In this document: piece after piece, positions 8,653 through 17,411 of the stretch
Layout of the letters: every line of letters begins with the position of its first letter
How positions within the stretch are numbered: the first letter of the stretch is position 1
Source: a virus
Length of the DNA: 64,000 nucleotides
Virus record (IMG/VR): IMGVR_UViG_3300007644_000002
Location: 1 to 64,000 of that record
Reading direction: 5' to 3' (one strand)
Notes under the pieces: model-generated
What the model saw: only the letters and a program-made list of their open reading frames with translations
Told to the model about the DNA's origin: nothing
The model's database searches: none
Position numbers and translations under genes: made by a program

Positions 8653-9566
8653 TAATCTTTTGCCTCACCAAAGTTAGCGAATGTGATGTTATTAACCTTT
8701 TCTCTTTCATCAAGGTCGTATTGTACACGATAACGAGTGTTTATGTCAAGTACTTTCTCAAGTAAGTCAAAAGATATTTCTTGGTCATCCACCTTATGGG
8801 CAGAGAACTTTAAGAAAGCATTCGTATCTTTAGGAAGACACGCACCACCGAAACCTCGTTTACCATCAAAGCCAGGCACACGAGTGTGGCCCATACCAAC
8901 ACGTTCGTCCAGTCCTGCCGCACGAGTAATGATGTTATAAGAACATCCATATAGATTAACCAAGTCATATAACTGATTAAAGAATGTTACCTTCGTAGCA
9001 AGATAGGAGTTGATTGTATACTTAACGAATGATGCCTCGAATGCGGTCATACGGTGATAGTCATTAGACTCACAACCACTGAAGATATCATAGATTTCAA
9101 TCAGTTCTTGAGTTGCCTGTGGAGAACCACCCATGACGTGGAACTTGGCAGTAACGAAGTCAGCCTTAGCGTTCTTCTCTGTCAGGAACTCAGGATTATA
9201 ACAGAATCGGTCTACTTGACGACGATCCATAGTATTGTATAGTCGCTGGACTACATCCGGAGTGACCGTAGATTTAACTACGACCAATGCGTTAGTGTGA
9301 TAAAGAGTCTTCAGTACAGCATTTTCCACGATAGTAGAGTCTACAGTTCCGTTGTCATTAGATGGAGTCGGAGCACACACAAATACACATTGTGGGTCGA
9401 ACTCTTTTAGATCATCTACCGATGTATTGTACTTCGGGTCAATTAGTTTGAAAGCAACCATCGGATGAGTAAACGCATACTCAACCGCTTGGCCAACAAA
9501 ACCGTGACCTACGATTGCCACACGAAAAGGATTCGCTGGACTTAGTGGAGCATCATTATTTGACAT
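8652..9566 (-). CDS. UDP-glucose/GDP-mannose 6-dehydrogenase family protein (short, lacks C-terminal domain)
   Basis: GHGFVG Rossmann motif, CAPTP, KSTVTP, YNPEFL, catalytic GFGGACLPKD. Confidence 0.85.
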   Translation of the reverse strand: MSNNDAPLSPANPFRVAIVGHGFVGQAVEYAFTHPMVAFKLIDPKYNTSVDDLKEFDPQCVFVCAPTPSNDNGTVDSTIVENAVLKTLYHTNALVVVKSTVTPDVVQRLYNTMDRRQVDRFCYNPEFLTEKNAKADFVTAKFHVMGGSPQATQELIEIYDIFSGCESNDYHRMTAFEASFVKYTINSYLATKVTFFNQLYDLVNLYGCSYNIITRAAGLDERVGMGHTRVPGFDGKRGFGGACLPKDTNAFLKFSAHKVDDQEISFDLLEKVLDINTRYRVQYDLDEREKVNNITFANFGEAKD

Positions 9567-10507
9567 TATTTAATCCCATTATAAGTTTTGTACCATTCAT
9601 AAAAACGTTCAACACCTTCGGCGATACTTACCTTGGGTTGATATCCTAGAGCCTCTAACTTAGAAGTATTAGACCAAGTCTCTAGAGTATCCGCTGGATG
9701 TTTAGGTGCGAGGTTTTTAATTGCCTCTTTACCTACATTCTTTTCAATTTGCGTGATGAATTCCATAAGTTCGACTTGTTCACCACGACCGATGTTGAAA
9801 ATCTCTCCCGATTCAATCTCAGGATGATTTAAAACGCACTCGATACCATCTAGGATATCTTCCACGAAGGTAAAGTCTCGCTTCATGTTCCCGTAATTAT
9901 ACACGGTAATCTCTTCCCCGTCAAGGATTTTATTCGTAAAATCAAATAAAGCCATATCAGGACGACCCCAAGGGCCATATACAGTGAAGAATCGTAGACC
10001 GACAGTGTTGAGTCCTGACGATTGGAACTGACATTCGTTTGCCCACTTGGTGTAACCATATGCGTTCAACTGTTTACCGGTCTCTTGACCTTCAGTCCAA
10101 GGTACCTGAGAACCCGCGTACACACAAGACGTTGACGCATAAATGATACGAGTGTCGGGAAGGTATTTCTTACACACATCAATAAGATTCTGAGTAGCAT
10201 CAATGTTGTTACGGTGATACTGTTTCTCTTTACCCATTGAGTCACGTACGCCCGCGTGAGCAGCGAGATGGATGATAACATCTGGAGAAAATTCACGCAA
10301 TAACGCTTCAGTCTTGATGTCGTCCGCGAGGTCACAGTTCCAGATAAACAGGTCAAAGTGAGTCATGCGGTCTATTTTGAGTTTCGGGTCATACAGGTGA
10401 CGATTGAAATTATCGATACCTTTTACTTCATACCCATTGTTTTGTAAACGTCCAGCGAGTTGTGAACCTATGAATCCGGCAGCGCCGGTTACAAGTATTT
10501 TCTTCAT
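9566..10507 (-). CDS. NAD-dependent nucleotide-sugar epimerase (UDP-glucuronate 4-epimerase-like)
   Basis: TGAAGFIG, HLAAHAGVR, YGYTK (YxxxK), LRFFTVYGPWGRPDMA, RDFTFVEDI. Confidence 0.9.
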   Translation of the reverse strand: MKKILVTGAAGFIGSQLAGRLQNNGYEVKGIDNFNRHLYDPKLKIDRMTHFDLFIWNCDLADDIKTEALLREFSPDVIIHLAAHAGVRDSMGKEKQYHRNNIDATQNLIDVCKKYLPDTRIIYASTSCVYAGSQVPWTEGQETGKQLNAYGYTKWANECQFQSSGLNTVGLRFFTVYGPWGRPDMALFDFTNKILDGEEITVYNYGNMKRDFTFVEDILDGIECVLNHPEIESGEIFNIGRGEQVELMEFITQIEKNVGKEAIKNLAPKHPADTLETWSNTSKLEALGYQPKVSIAEGVERFYEWYKTYNGIK

Positions 10508-10510
10508 TGT

Positions 10511-11479
10511 TTAACCATTCCTATAAATGTATTCTAATGCTCGATCAGCCTCTACCAACAGAGGCCTACTAGCATACCAGTTTCCAGTATCGTTGTCGAA
10601 CTCACGAATTAGGTCTGCGAGTTGGGTGGCGGTGAGGGGATATCCTTTCGCATATGCGTTACCCGCAATTGACAACATAATGCTGTACATCTTACCATAC
10701 CACCCAGTGTCGCTAATTTGTTGATACTCCGCACCCAGTCTTCGAGGCCAGAACGGGCAGTCACGATATGATGACCATCTGAAGTCAGTATTATTTAGAC
10801 CGTCCTTACGATGTTGAATTACGGCAGATGCCAAGTGTGGAGGTAGTCTATCTAGAAAAGAATTACCAGTCTTCTCGTGATAAGGATGTTTAGCAATCAA
10901 CTCTGACACATTCAGAGCAGCTCCTTTATTCTCAAAGAAGAACGACCACGCGTTAGGATATACCGCAGGGATATAGTACATACGCGCAAGGTCTTTAGTC
11001 TGTGGGTCACCGATCTCACCCAGTTCAGTGTTGAGTGCGTACCAGAACGCTTTGATGCGCTCGGTCTCAACCGTCTCGTCTAATCGAAAGACAATGCGAA
11101 ACTTAGGATAGTTATCTACGTCTTTCGGATGAGTCGGCTCACGTGAACTTGCTGTATTGTAGACCACATAATCATACTGACCGAAGTCTTCACGTAATGC
11201 GTCTTCTAGGGCACTAAGAGAACCGGTAGGATAATTATGATCGTCCACATCAACACAGCACCAACCACCCCAACGTAGAGTATTGCGGTTAGCGCGAGTC
11301 GTGCCGTCCTCGAAAACAGCAGGAGTAATAAGAGCAGAACTGTTAGCACCACCTTTTTGTCCCTCTTTAGTCGAGAGTGCTTTCAGTAAACCAACGAAGG
11401 CATCCCAAGTATCAAAAGATTGCTTGCGATGAGTCTTGTTGTCGAACTGATTTTTAAATATAGTTAATTCGTAATTCAT
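10511..11479 (-). CDS. putative archaeo-eukaryotic primase (PrimPol-like) protein
   Basis: hhhDhD motif (CCVDVDD), YNTASS, KFRIVFRL, DPQTKDLARMYY; helical C-terminal domain. Confidence 0.65.
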   Translation of the reverse strand: MNYELTIFKNQFDNKTHRKQSFDTWDAFVGLLKALSTKEGQKGGANSSALITPAVFEDGTTRANRNTLRWGGWCCVDVDDHNYPTGSLSALEDALREDFGQYDYVVYNTASSREPTHPKDVDNYPKFRIVFRLDETVETERIKAFWYALNTELGEIGDPQTKDLARMYYIPAVYPNAWSFFFENKGAALNVSELIAKHPYHEKTGNSFLDRLPPHLASAVIQHRKDGLNNTDFRWSSYRDCPFWPRRLGAEYQQISDTGWYGKMYSIMLSIAGNAYAKGYPLTATQLADLIREFDNDTGNWYASRPLLVEADRALEYIYRNG

Positions 11480-11485
11480 GTGACC

Positions 11486-11514
11486 ATTATACCATAATAT
11501 AGAGTGCCTGTCAA
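11486..11514 (-). promoter_or_regulatory. sigma70-type promoter (leaderless) for the primase-like gene
   Basis: TTGACA, 17 bp, TATAAT, then GGTCAC-ATG. Confidence 0.8.
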
Positions 11515-14006
11515 CCGAAGAAATCCTCTAGTGACGACGGAGGTTCCGCGTCCCAACCAACCGCATCAAGAATGGGAGTAAGTGGGTCTAGGAAACTTTT
11601 AGTAAACATCAGGTCATAATCGATATGAGTATGTAGACGCAACTCTTTTGGCATATTAAGTGGGTATGATATAACATTCTGACCCAAGTAATTAGGAACT
11701 TTCAGATAAACGAACTTAATCTTCTCGCCCGTCTGGACTTCCTGATACTTCTGTGTCAGACCGTGAGTCTTCAATGCGGCATTGTAACACAACGCACCGC
11801 GCACATGAATCGGAGTACCTTTCTTGAAGATAGTCTTGCGGTCTACCCATTTGTTCAGGGCAGATATACCACGAGGGAATGAAATATCTTCGGGTGGTAA
11901 GGTTCTGAAATGGGACTTAAAGTCTCGAATGTACTGTTGTGTGTCTGATTCGGTACCTTCTACGATAACCCGAAAGATTTCCTTGAACTTGTCACGCACG
12001 ACCGAAGGTGTCGAAGACTTGATTGCCTCGATACCCATCATCTTGAGTTTAGGTTCTGCGTATTGGACACCCTCGTTGTTATGGACGTTCAGGATGTAAC
12101 GTTTCTTAGCCATCCAGATACCACGGTCAGCGATAACTTCACGTCCCATCTCCATACGATTACTATATGCGCCAGTAATCTTCGCCATCTCTGCGTAAGA
12201 TGTTTCCAGAACTTTCTCAAAGTGTTCGGAACAAATCTTGTCTAGGAATTTAACAGGGTCTTTAGGAGCAAACTTATCAACCAAGGCACCCATACGAATA
12301 TAAACAGAGTCGGTATCAATTGCCACAACGTAGTCTTCATCTGTTTTAAGGAGGTTTTGCATTTCATTGTTAACGGCTCTCTCTGCCCATTTGATTGCGA
12401 GTTGACCCGCAATAGTAATTGATTCCGCAACTCGCTGATCAAAATATCTAAAATAGCGATTCCCAAGGGCGCCATAAAGTGAATTCATAAGAATCTTGAT
12501 GGCGGCCTGTTTATTGTTCAGAGAGGTAATCTTATACTGGAGCGCCTTAGATGGATTATGTTGATACTCTTGTTGAAGTTCCAACATCTCTTTCTTGACT
12601 ACCCGACGTTCCGAATAGTATTGTTCGATGATTGAAGGAACAACACCTTTTCGGTCGTGCGAGAATCTAACACCAGTAGGCGCAATAGAATGACAGAGTT
12701 TAGAATAATCAAAGTCGTCACTATACATAGTACCGTCTAGTATTTTATCCACAGACATATTTGGAACAATACCATCCAAAACAGTCTCGGGGGACATGTT
12801 GTACTGTACAATGATGTTAGGATACAGAGAGTTCAAATCGAAAGAGGTTACCCAGTCGTGCGAACCGACTTGAGGTTCTTTCACGTAACCACCGGCAAAT
12901 GCGGACTTAGGTTTATCTGTCTTAGGTGGAACCACAATCTGTTTCGCGTTCAGCATACGATAGATGATGCTGTCCCAGATATTAGTAGTACCTAGGGTAT
13001 CACCGTAGTTGGCACCTGCCTTATATGCCATAGTCAGGATAAGGGAGATGAGGTCGAGTTTCTCGTCCAACGCATGAACGAGTTCAACATCCTTAATGTT
13101 ATAGTCGATGAACTTCTGGTAATCTTCTTTGTAGAGATTAAACAGGGTACCGTGTTCTTCGTAGTCGATTTTACGCTCACCGAGTTCGATAGTCGCGATG
13201 TGGTCGAGACGATACGATTCTTGTTGGGTATATGTGAACTTCTTGTAAACATCCAAGTAATCGAGATGCTCAATACCCTCAAGGATATATTCTTGAACCT
13301 TCTTACCGAAGTATTCCCGATTGCGCTCGCGGATGATACCCCAAGGCGATAGTTTAGAAAGTAGTGTTTCGTCACCAAATAGATTACGCGTACGGTTGAT
13401 GATGTACGGAATATCAAATCCCATAGTGTTCCAACCAGTAATTACGTCGGGAGTATGGCGACTCCAGTGGTCAATAAACTTACGCAACAAATCCATCTCG
13501 TTATCGCATTTGATATACAAGACATCTTTACGTGTGACCACATAGTCATTCAGACCCCACACCCAGTAGACACCGTCGTTCTTGCGTAACGTAATAGAGA
13601 TGACAGGATGTTCGGCCTTACTAGGTTCAGGGAACCCCGCGTCAGACGCAACCTCAATATCGAAGTTGGTGACTTCTACCGAAGAACGGTCGAACTCGAT
13701 ATCGGTCGGGAATTTTTTAGCGATGTACTGAAACACCATGTTATTCATACCGTACACATTGACGTTAGAAACGTCACGATACAGTTTATCAAACTCGGTC
13801 GCCTCAGACATAGAGTCGAAAGTCACGGGCGCGACATTCTGACCGTCTAGGGTTTTCCAAGGTGAGGTTTTGTCACTATTGACAAATAGAGTGGGTTTAA
13901 ACGCAATCTTTTTCTTGACGCGTTCGCCATTTTTGTATCCGCGATACAGCAAGTTATTGCCGCGACGGACAACTGAGGTATAGAATTCTTTAGTATTTTT
14001 TATCAT
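11511..14006 (-). CDS. 43: family B DNA polymerase gp43
   Basis: Exo motifs FDIEV, GWNTMGFDIPY, YNIKD; pol motifs SFDLNSLYP, KILMNSLYG, DTDS; no intein seen. Confidence 0.97.
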   Translation of the reverse strand: MIKNTKEFYTSVVRRGNNLLYRGYKNGERVKKKIAFKPTLFVNSDKTSPWKTLDGQNVAPVTFDSMSEATEFDKLYRDVSNVNVYGMNNMVFQYIAKKFPTDIEFDRSSVEVTNFDIEVASDAGFPEPSKAEHPVISITLRKNDGVYWVWGLNDYVVTRKDVLYIKCDNEMDLLRKFIDHWSRHTPDVITGWNTMGFDIPYIINRTRNLFGDETLLSKLSPWGIIRERNREYFGKKVQEYILEGIEHLDYLDVYKKFTYTQQESYRLDHIATIELGERKIDYEEHGTLFNLYKEDYQKFIDYNIKDVELVHALDEKLDLISLILTMAYKAGANYGDTLGTTNIWDSIIYRMLNAKQIVVPPKTDKPKSAFAGGYVKEPQVGSHDWVTSFDLNSLYPNIIVQYNMSPETVLDGIVPNMSVDKILDGTMYSDDFDYSKLCHSIAPTGVRFSHDRKGVVPSIIEQYYSERRVVKKEMLELQQEYQHNPSKALQYKITSLNNKQAAIKILMNSLYGALGNRYFRYFDQRVAESITIAGQLAIKWAERAVNNEMQNLLKTDEDYVVAIDTDSVYIRMGALVDKFAPKDPVKFLDKICSEHFEKVLETSYAEMAKITGAYSNRMEMGREVIADRGIWMAKKRYILNVHNNEGVQYAEPKLKMMGIEAIKSSTPSVVRDKFKEIFRVIVEGTESDTQQYIRDFKSHFRTLPPEDISFPRGISALNKWVDRKTIFKKGTPIHVRGALCYNAALKTHGLTQKYQEVQTGEKIKFVYLKVPNYLGQNVISYPLNMPKELRLHTHIDYDLMFTKSFLDPLTPILDAVGWDAEPPSSLEDFFG

Positions 14007-14012
14007 GTGGCC

Positions 14013-14041
14013 ATTATAGGTTAATATGAACGCTGTGTCAA
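14013..14041 (-). promoter_or_regulatory. sigma70-type promoter (leaderless) for gp43
   Basis: TTGACA(14041-14036), 17 bp, TATAAT(14018-14013), then GGCCAC-ATG. Confidence 0.8.
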
Positions 14042-14907
14042 GAGAAAAAATCGGAAAGGGTAGCAGTATTGTTCTGTTCGTACCAGTCTCTACAAATGTC
14101 CATCACTCGCTGACGACGTTTGTAATTAATCTCACCATTATCTATTAGTGTTTCAAATAACTTGTCTATCCCGCCACCTAGTTGTAGGTTGATGTGGGGT
14201 TTGACCTTACCAAGAACTTTTTCGATCTCAAACTCTTCTCGAATTATATTCTTCTGTTTTGGTTTGTTGAGTTCTTCCCACGAGAACTTCATAAAGAACT
14301 CGCGTACGCGTGGATCTAGATACGGAGTAACATGAACCTTACCATGTTTCTCTGCTAGATTAGTGTGTTGTTTTAGTCCTGCGCAGTCACCGTCGAGGTA
14401 GGCATTACGGAACTCATTCCAGTTGACTCTCTTCTGGTTGTTTTCTTTACAGTACTTGACATAGTTGCGCTTCTTTTTAAAAGAAGAGTATCTAATCATT
14501 GCTTTCTTAGAACACCCGAAGTATGCGTCAGCACCCCATCCAGTGATACAGTATTCTTCTGTCATGTTTTCATAACAATAGAGGAAGGGAAACACTGCGG
14601 CTTCGTAGTGGGATTTCTTGCGACAACCATGTTTGACTAGTCGGTGCCAGTCTTCAACTAGGTTATCAGTAGGGACAATAATAGTGGTGAACTCCCACCC
14701 CATGATTTCTGCGACTTCCTTTGCCTTCGCGTGGTCATAAGATGGTTGTCCTTCAAGATGGAAACTATACGCGTGTACAGTCTTCCCAGCATCCTGTGCA
14801 GCGATTGCCACACTGATACTGTCAACACCACCAGAAAGAAGTACCGCAACTTTATCATGCGGCACCTTTCCTGCTATGTGGTCAGAGAGAATTTCTCTAA
14901 TCATCAA
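14038..14907 (-). CDS. asparagine-synthetase-like ATP-dependent amide ligase (synthetase domain only)
   Basis: PP-loop VLLSGGVDS, TGWGADAYFG, TPYLD, KxxIR; no N-terminal Cys glutaminase domain. Confidence 0.75.
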   Translation of the reverse strand: MMIREILSDHIAGKVPHDKVAVLLSGGVDSISVAIAAQDAGKTVHAYSFHLEGQPSYDHAKAKEVAEIMGWEFTTIIVPTDNLVEDWHRLVKHGCRKKSHYEAAVFPFLYCYENMTEEYCITGWGADAYFGCSKKAMIRYSSFKKKRNYVKYCKENNQKRVNWNEFRNAYLDGDCAGLKQHTNLAEKHGKVHVTPYLDPRVREFFMKFSWEELNKPKQKNIIREEFEIEKVLGKVKPHINLQLGGGIDKLFETLIDNGEINYKRRQRVMDICRDWYEQNNTATLSDFFS

Positions 14908-15768
14908 TTACCCCATATGGCTCTTAATATAACTACCATTTAAAATATCCTTATCCCACTCACTCATAGGTCGTCTAGCAACATCTAGAAGTGTGCCCAT
15001 TCCCATTAAATCAGTACCCTGAACTCGACAATGATTAAACTTAGTATTAGGTTTGCGATAATCGTAGTGTTTCACAACAGGGAGACCATCAAGACTCATC
15101 AATAGGTCGGTACACGTATGACCATTCCATGTCTGGTCTAGATATTGAACAGTCGCATCATTCTTGAATAACATATATTGGATGTACGGCTGGTCTGTTA
15201 TATAATAACTCGCATCTATACCAGAATCCTGAATAACCTCAACATAGTCTTTAAGGTCGAACCACCCTTCCGTACGTGCGCGTATACGCATCTTCTTCGA
15301 ATATATCACAACACCACTGTTTAACGCAATAGGTAATTGCCCATCTATACTAGGAAACTCAACACCCAACTTAGTTCTCACCAAGTTATCCCATTCTATA
15401 AGTTCAATGCGTTTGTGGTCTGGCATAGGATTATCCAGTACCCACAATTCAGGTACCATACCAACATCCATATTCTCATTGAATGCGTCGAATATATTAT
15501 ATTGTAGTTTCTCTGCGGGAAATATATCTAAGTCAGCAAACAGAACTTTATCATATTCATCGAACATAGGGTCGAATATAGGTTTTAGTGCTGAAAAGAA
15601 GTAACCCTTATCACCTACCGAATAGTTAAAATGTTTTGATAAGAAGTCAGGGTTATGTTCAAATATGTAATGAACACCTATACGTCTAGCATACTCCTCC
15701 ATCATGCGACGACCCAACAAGATATCTGCTCTTAAATCACCATCCCAGTACTGGTAAATGACATTCAT
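14908..15768 (-). CDS. GT-A fold glycosyltransferase (GT8-like), paralog A
   Basis: VLFADLDI (DxD), LNSGVVIY, TDQPYIQY, WNGH. Confidence 0.7.
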   Translation of the reverse strand: MNVIYQYWDGDLRADILLGRRMMEEYARRIGVHYIFEHNPDFLSKHFNYSVGDKGYFFSALKPIFDPMFDEYDKVLFADLDIFPAEKLQYNIFDAFNENMDVGMVPELWVLDNPMPDHKRIELIEWDNLVRTKLGVEFPSIDGQLPIALNSGVVIYSKKMRIRARTEGWFDLKDYVEVIQDSGIDASYYITDQPYIQYMLFKNDATVQYLDQTWNGHTCTDLLMSLDGLPVVKHYDYRKPNTKFNHCRVQGTDLMGMGTLLDVARRPMSEWDKDILNGSYIKSHMG

Positions 15769-16655
15769 GTGGTAGAATCTTGGTTGATCTGAAACTTGCG
15801 GTATACCCCAGTTTTATTCAGACTAACATGATTGAAGTTAGACACATTACCATGTAATTGGATATTCGCGTGACCAAATTTAAGGAATCTATCGGACGCA
15901 ACACATAGACACTGGAACATGAAAGTTGCGCGACCAGAGTTACTCATAGACCACGACTGTTCTTTGAAGAACTCAAAGAAATCGGTAGTTAAAGCAAAAC
16001 TATCTTGTCCTAGAATTTCGTCTTTCAAGCAGTCTAGAAACTGAATCGCAGTGTCTTCTTCACCAATCTCCGACATGAGAGATGCCCAAGAAGCAAAGTT
16101 TCTTCGGTAGGGGGAATATTCTGAAACGCTATCAAAGAAATCGTCTATAATATCATTACCTCTCTTCACTATACCGGAATAACTTTTCCAATATTCAATG
16201 GCATTTGACATGTTAAGGGAAGGGAGACCCTTACGTTTTACCGCATCGCCCAGAGTAGTTATCTCACTAGCCTTTGCCTTTGGATACTTGCGTTGAATCT
16301 CATCACCGGCAGTACGCTTACGAGCTTCGGTTCCTTTGGTAAAGGTGTCAGGCATAACTCCCAGTATAACCGGAACTAATACCGTTATACCTAACTTTAT
16401 CACAGCGATCAATCTATGCTGGAACTCGGTTATGTTACCATCGGTGTTGAATGTTAAAGCACCACCATCCCACAACCAACCTTCTCTCTCAATATTCCTA
16501 ACAAGATTATTGACTTGATTCTTTTTAATAAGTCTATTATCATAGTTATGGTTGTCAAGAATGTATTGGGCGACTGTTGGAGTTAATAACAGCTGGGTAA
16601 CCCCTTTTGTTTCTGATTTGGGATCAAACCCCAATTTTTCTACTCTTAAAGTCAT
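15765..16655 (-). CDS. ParB/Srx-like N-terminal domain protein
   Basis: TPTVAQYIL..N..NR, then FNTDGNITEFQHRLIAV (variant of DGQHR). Confidence 0.6.
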   Translation of the reverse strand: MTLRVEKLGFDPKSETKGVTQLLLTPTVAQYILDNHNYDNRLIKKNQVNNLVRNIEREGWLWDGGALTFNTDGNITEFQHRLIAVIKLGITVLVPVILGVMPDTFTKGTEARKRTAGDEIQRKYPKAKASEITTLGDAVKRKGLPSLNMSNAIEYWKSYSGIVKRGNDIIDDFFDSVSEYSPYRRNFASWASLMSEIGEEDTAIQFLDCLKDEILGQDSFALTTDFFEFFKEQSWSMSNSGRATFMFQCLCVASDRFLKFGHANIQLHGNVSNFNHVSLNKTGVYRKFQINQDSTT

Positions 16656-16697
16656 ATTTCGAATCCTCTATTTTATGACGTTTATATAATAGTACTA

Positions 16698-17411
16698 TTA
16701 CTTTATCGCAATAGCACCCACAAACAGGTGATTCATCCAGAACGGTTGAATCTTTGTTGAATCAAAACCAACTGAGGTCAGTAGACTAGTCAGGTCATTC
16801 CAAGTCATCGGTTTCAACATAGTTCGGAGAATCTTCTCTTTCTCCATAATATCTTCATAGGTAAAGTGCTGTGCCTTGTACTCATAAAACGTAGAGGTCA
16901 TCATATCTTGGATACGTGAGTTCTCCGCATAAGTCTTCTCGGCAAAGATAAACGCACCACCTTCGTTGAGTCCGTCATAGATGTTCTGTAGTACTTTCTT
17001 TCTCCATAAAGGTTGCATAAACTGTAACGTAAAGATAGATGTCACAAGAGAACAGTTGGCGAAGTTGTGGTGGATGATGTTTTTGTTTTGAAAACAGACG
17101 TGATGACCACCTTCGTTAAGTCTTGTCTGTCGCGCAGTCATATCGTCTTGAAATACCGGAGCATACTCAACACCACAGTAATGTGCGTTAGGGGCAGTAG
17201 TATGATTCTGTTCAACCATTGCTTCGATAGTCTTACCTGTACTACATCCAATGTCAACGACCTTAGTATCGTTCTCTACAAAGTAACGTGATAGGTTTAC
17301 CACGTCATCATGGAGCGTGGAGTAGTGACGAATCGAAGCATCGATGTGATTATCGAAACCTTCTTCGCGGTGACCAAACGTAAAGTCTTTATACTTCTCT
17401 CTATCTTTCAT
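16698..17411 (-). CDS. CmoA-like (carboxy-SAM synthase family) SAM-dependent enzyme
   Basis: FDNHIDASIRHY, VVDIGCSTG, SIFTLQF, IYDGLNEGGAFIFAEK align by eye with E. coli CmoA blocks. Confidence 0.8.
   Translation of the reverse strand: MKDREKYKDFTFGHREEGFDNHIDASIRHYSTLHDDVVNLSRYFVENDTKVVDIGCSTGKTIEAMVEQNHTTAPNAHYCGVEYAPVFQDDMTARQTRLNEGGHHVCFQNKNIIHHNFANCSLVTSIFTLQFMQPLWRKKVLQNIYDGLNEGGAFIFAEKTYAENSRIQDMMTSTFYEYKAQHFTYEDIMEKEKILRTMLKPMTWNDLTSLLTSVGFDSTKIQPFWMNHLFVGAIAIK

Noticed and set aside
11511-14006. Possible intein, intron or split in gp43 (also checked gp41, gp17, gp46, uvsW)
   Set aside because: Lengths are normal and motifs contiguous; no homing endonuclease seen
16698-17411. CmoA-like gene as a plain tRNA-modification auxiliary gene
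   Set aside because: No cmoB nearby, and it overlaps a DNA MTase carrying the motif-X Arg; a DNA role is more parsimonious, though a tRNA effect is not excluded
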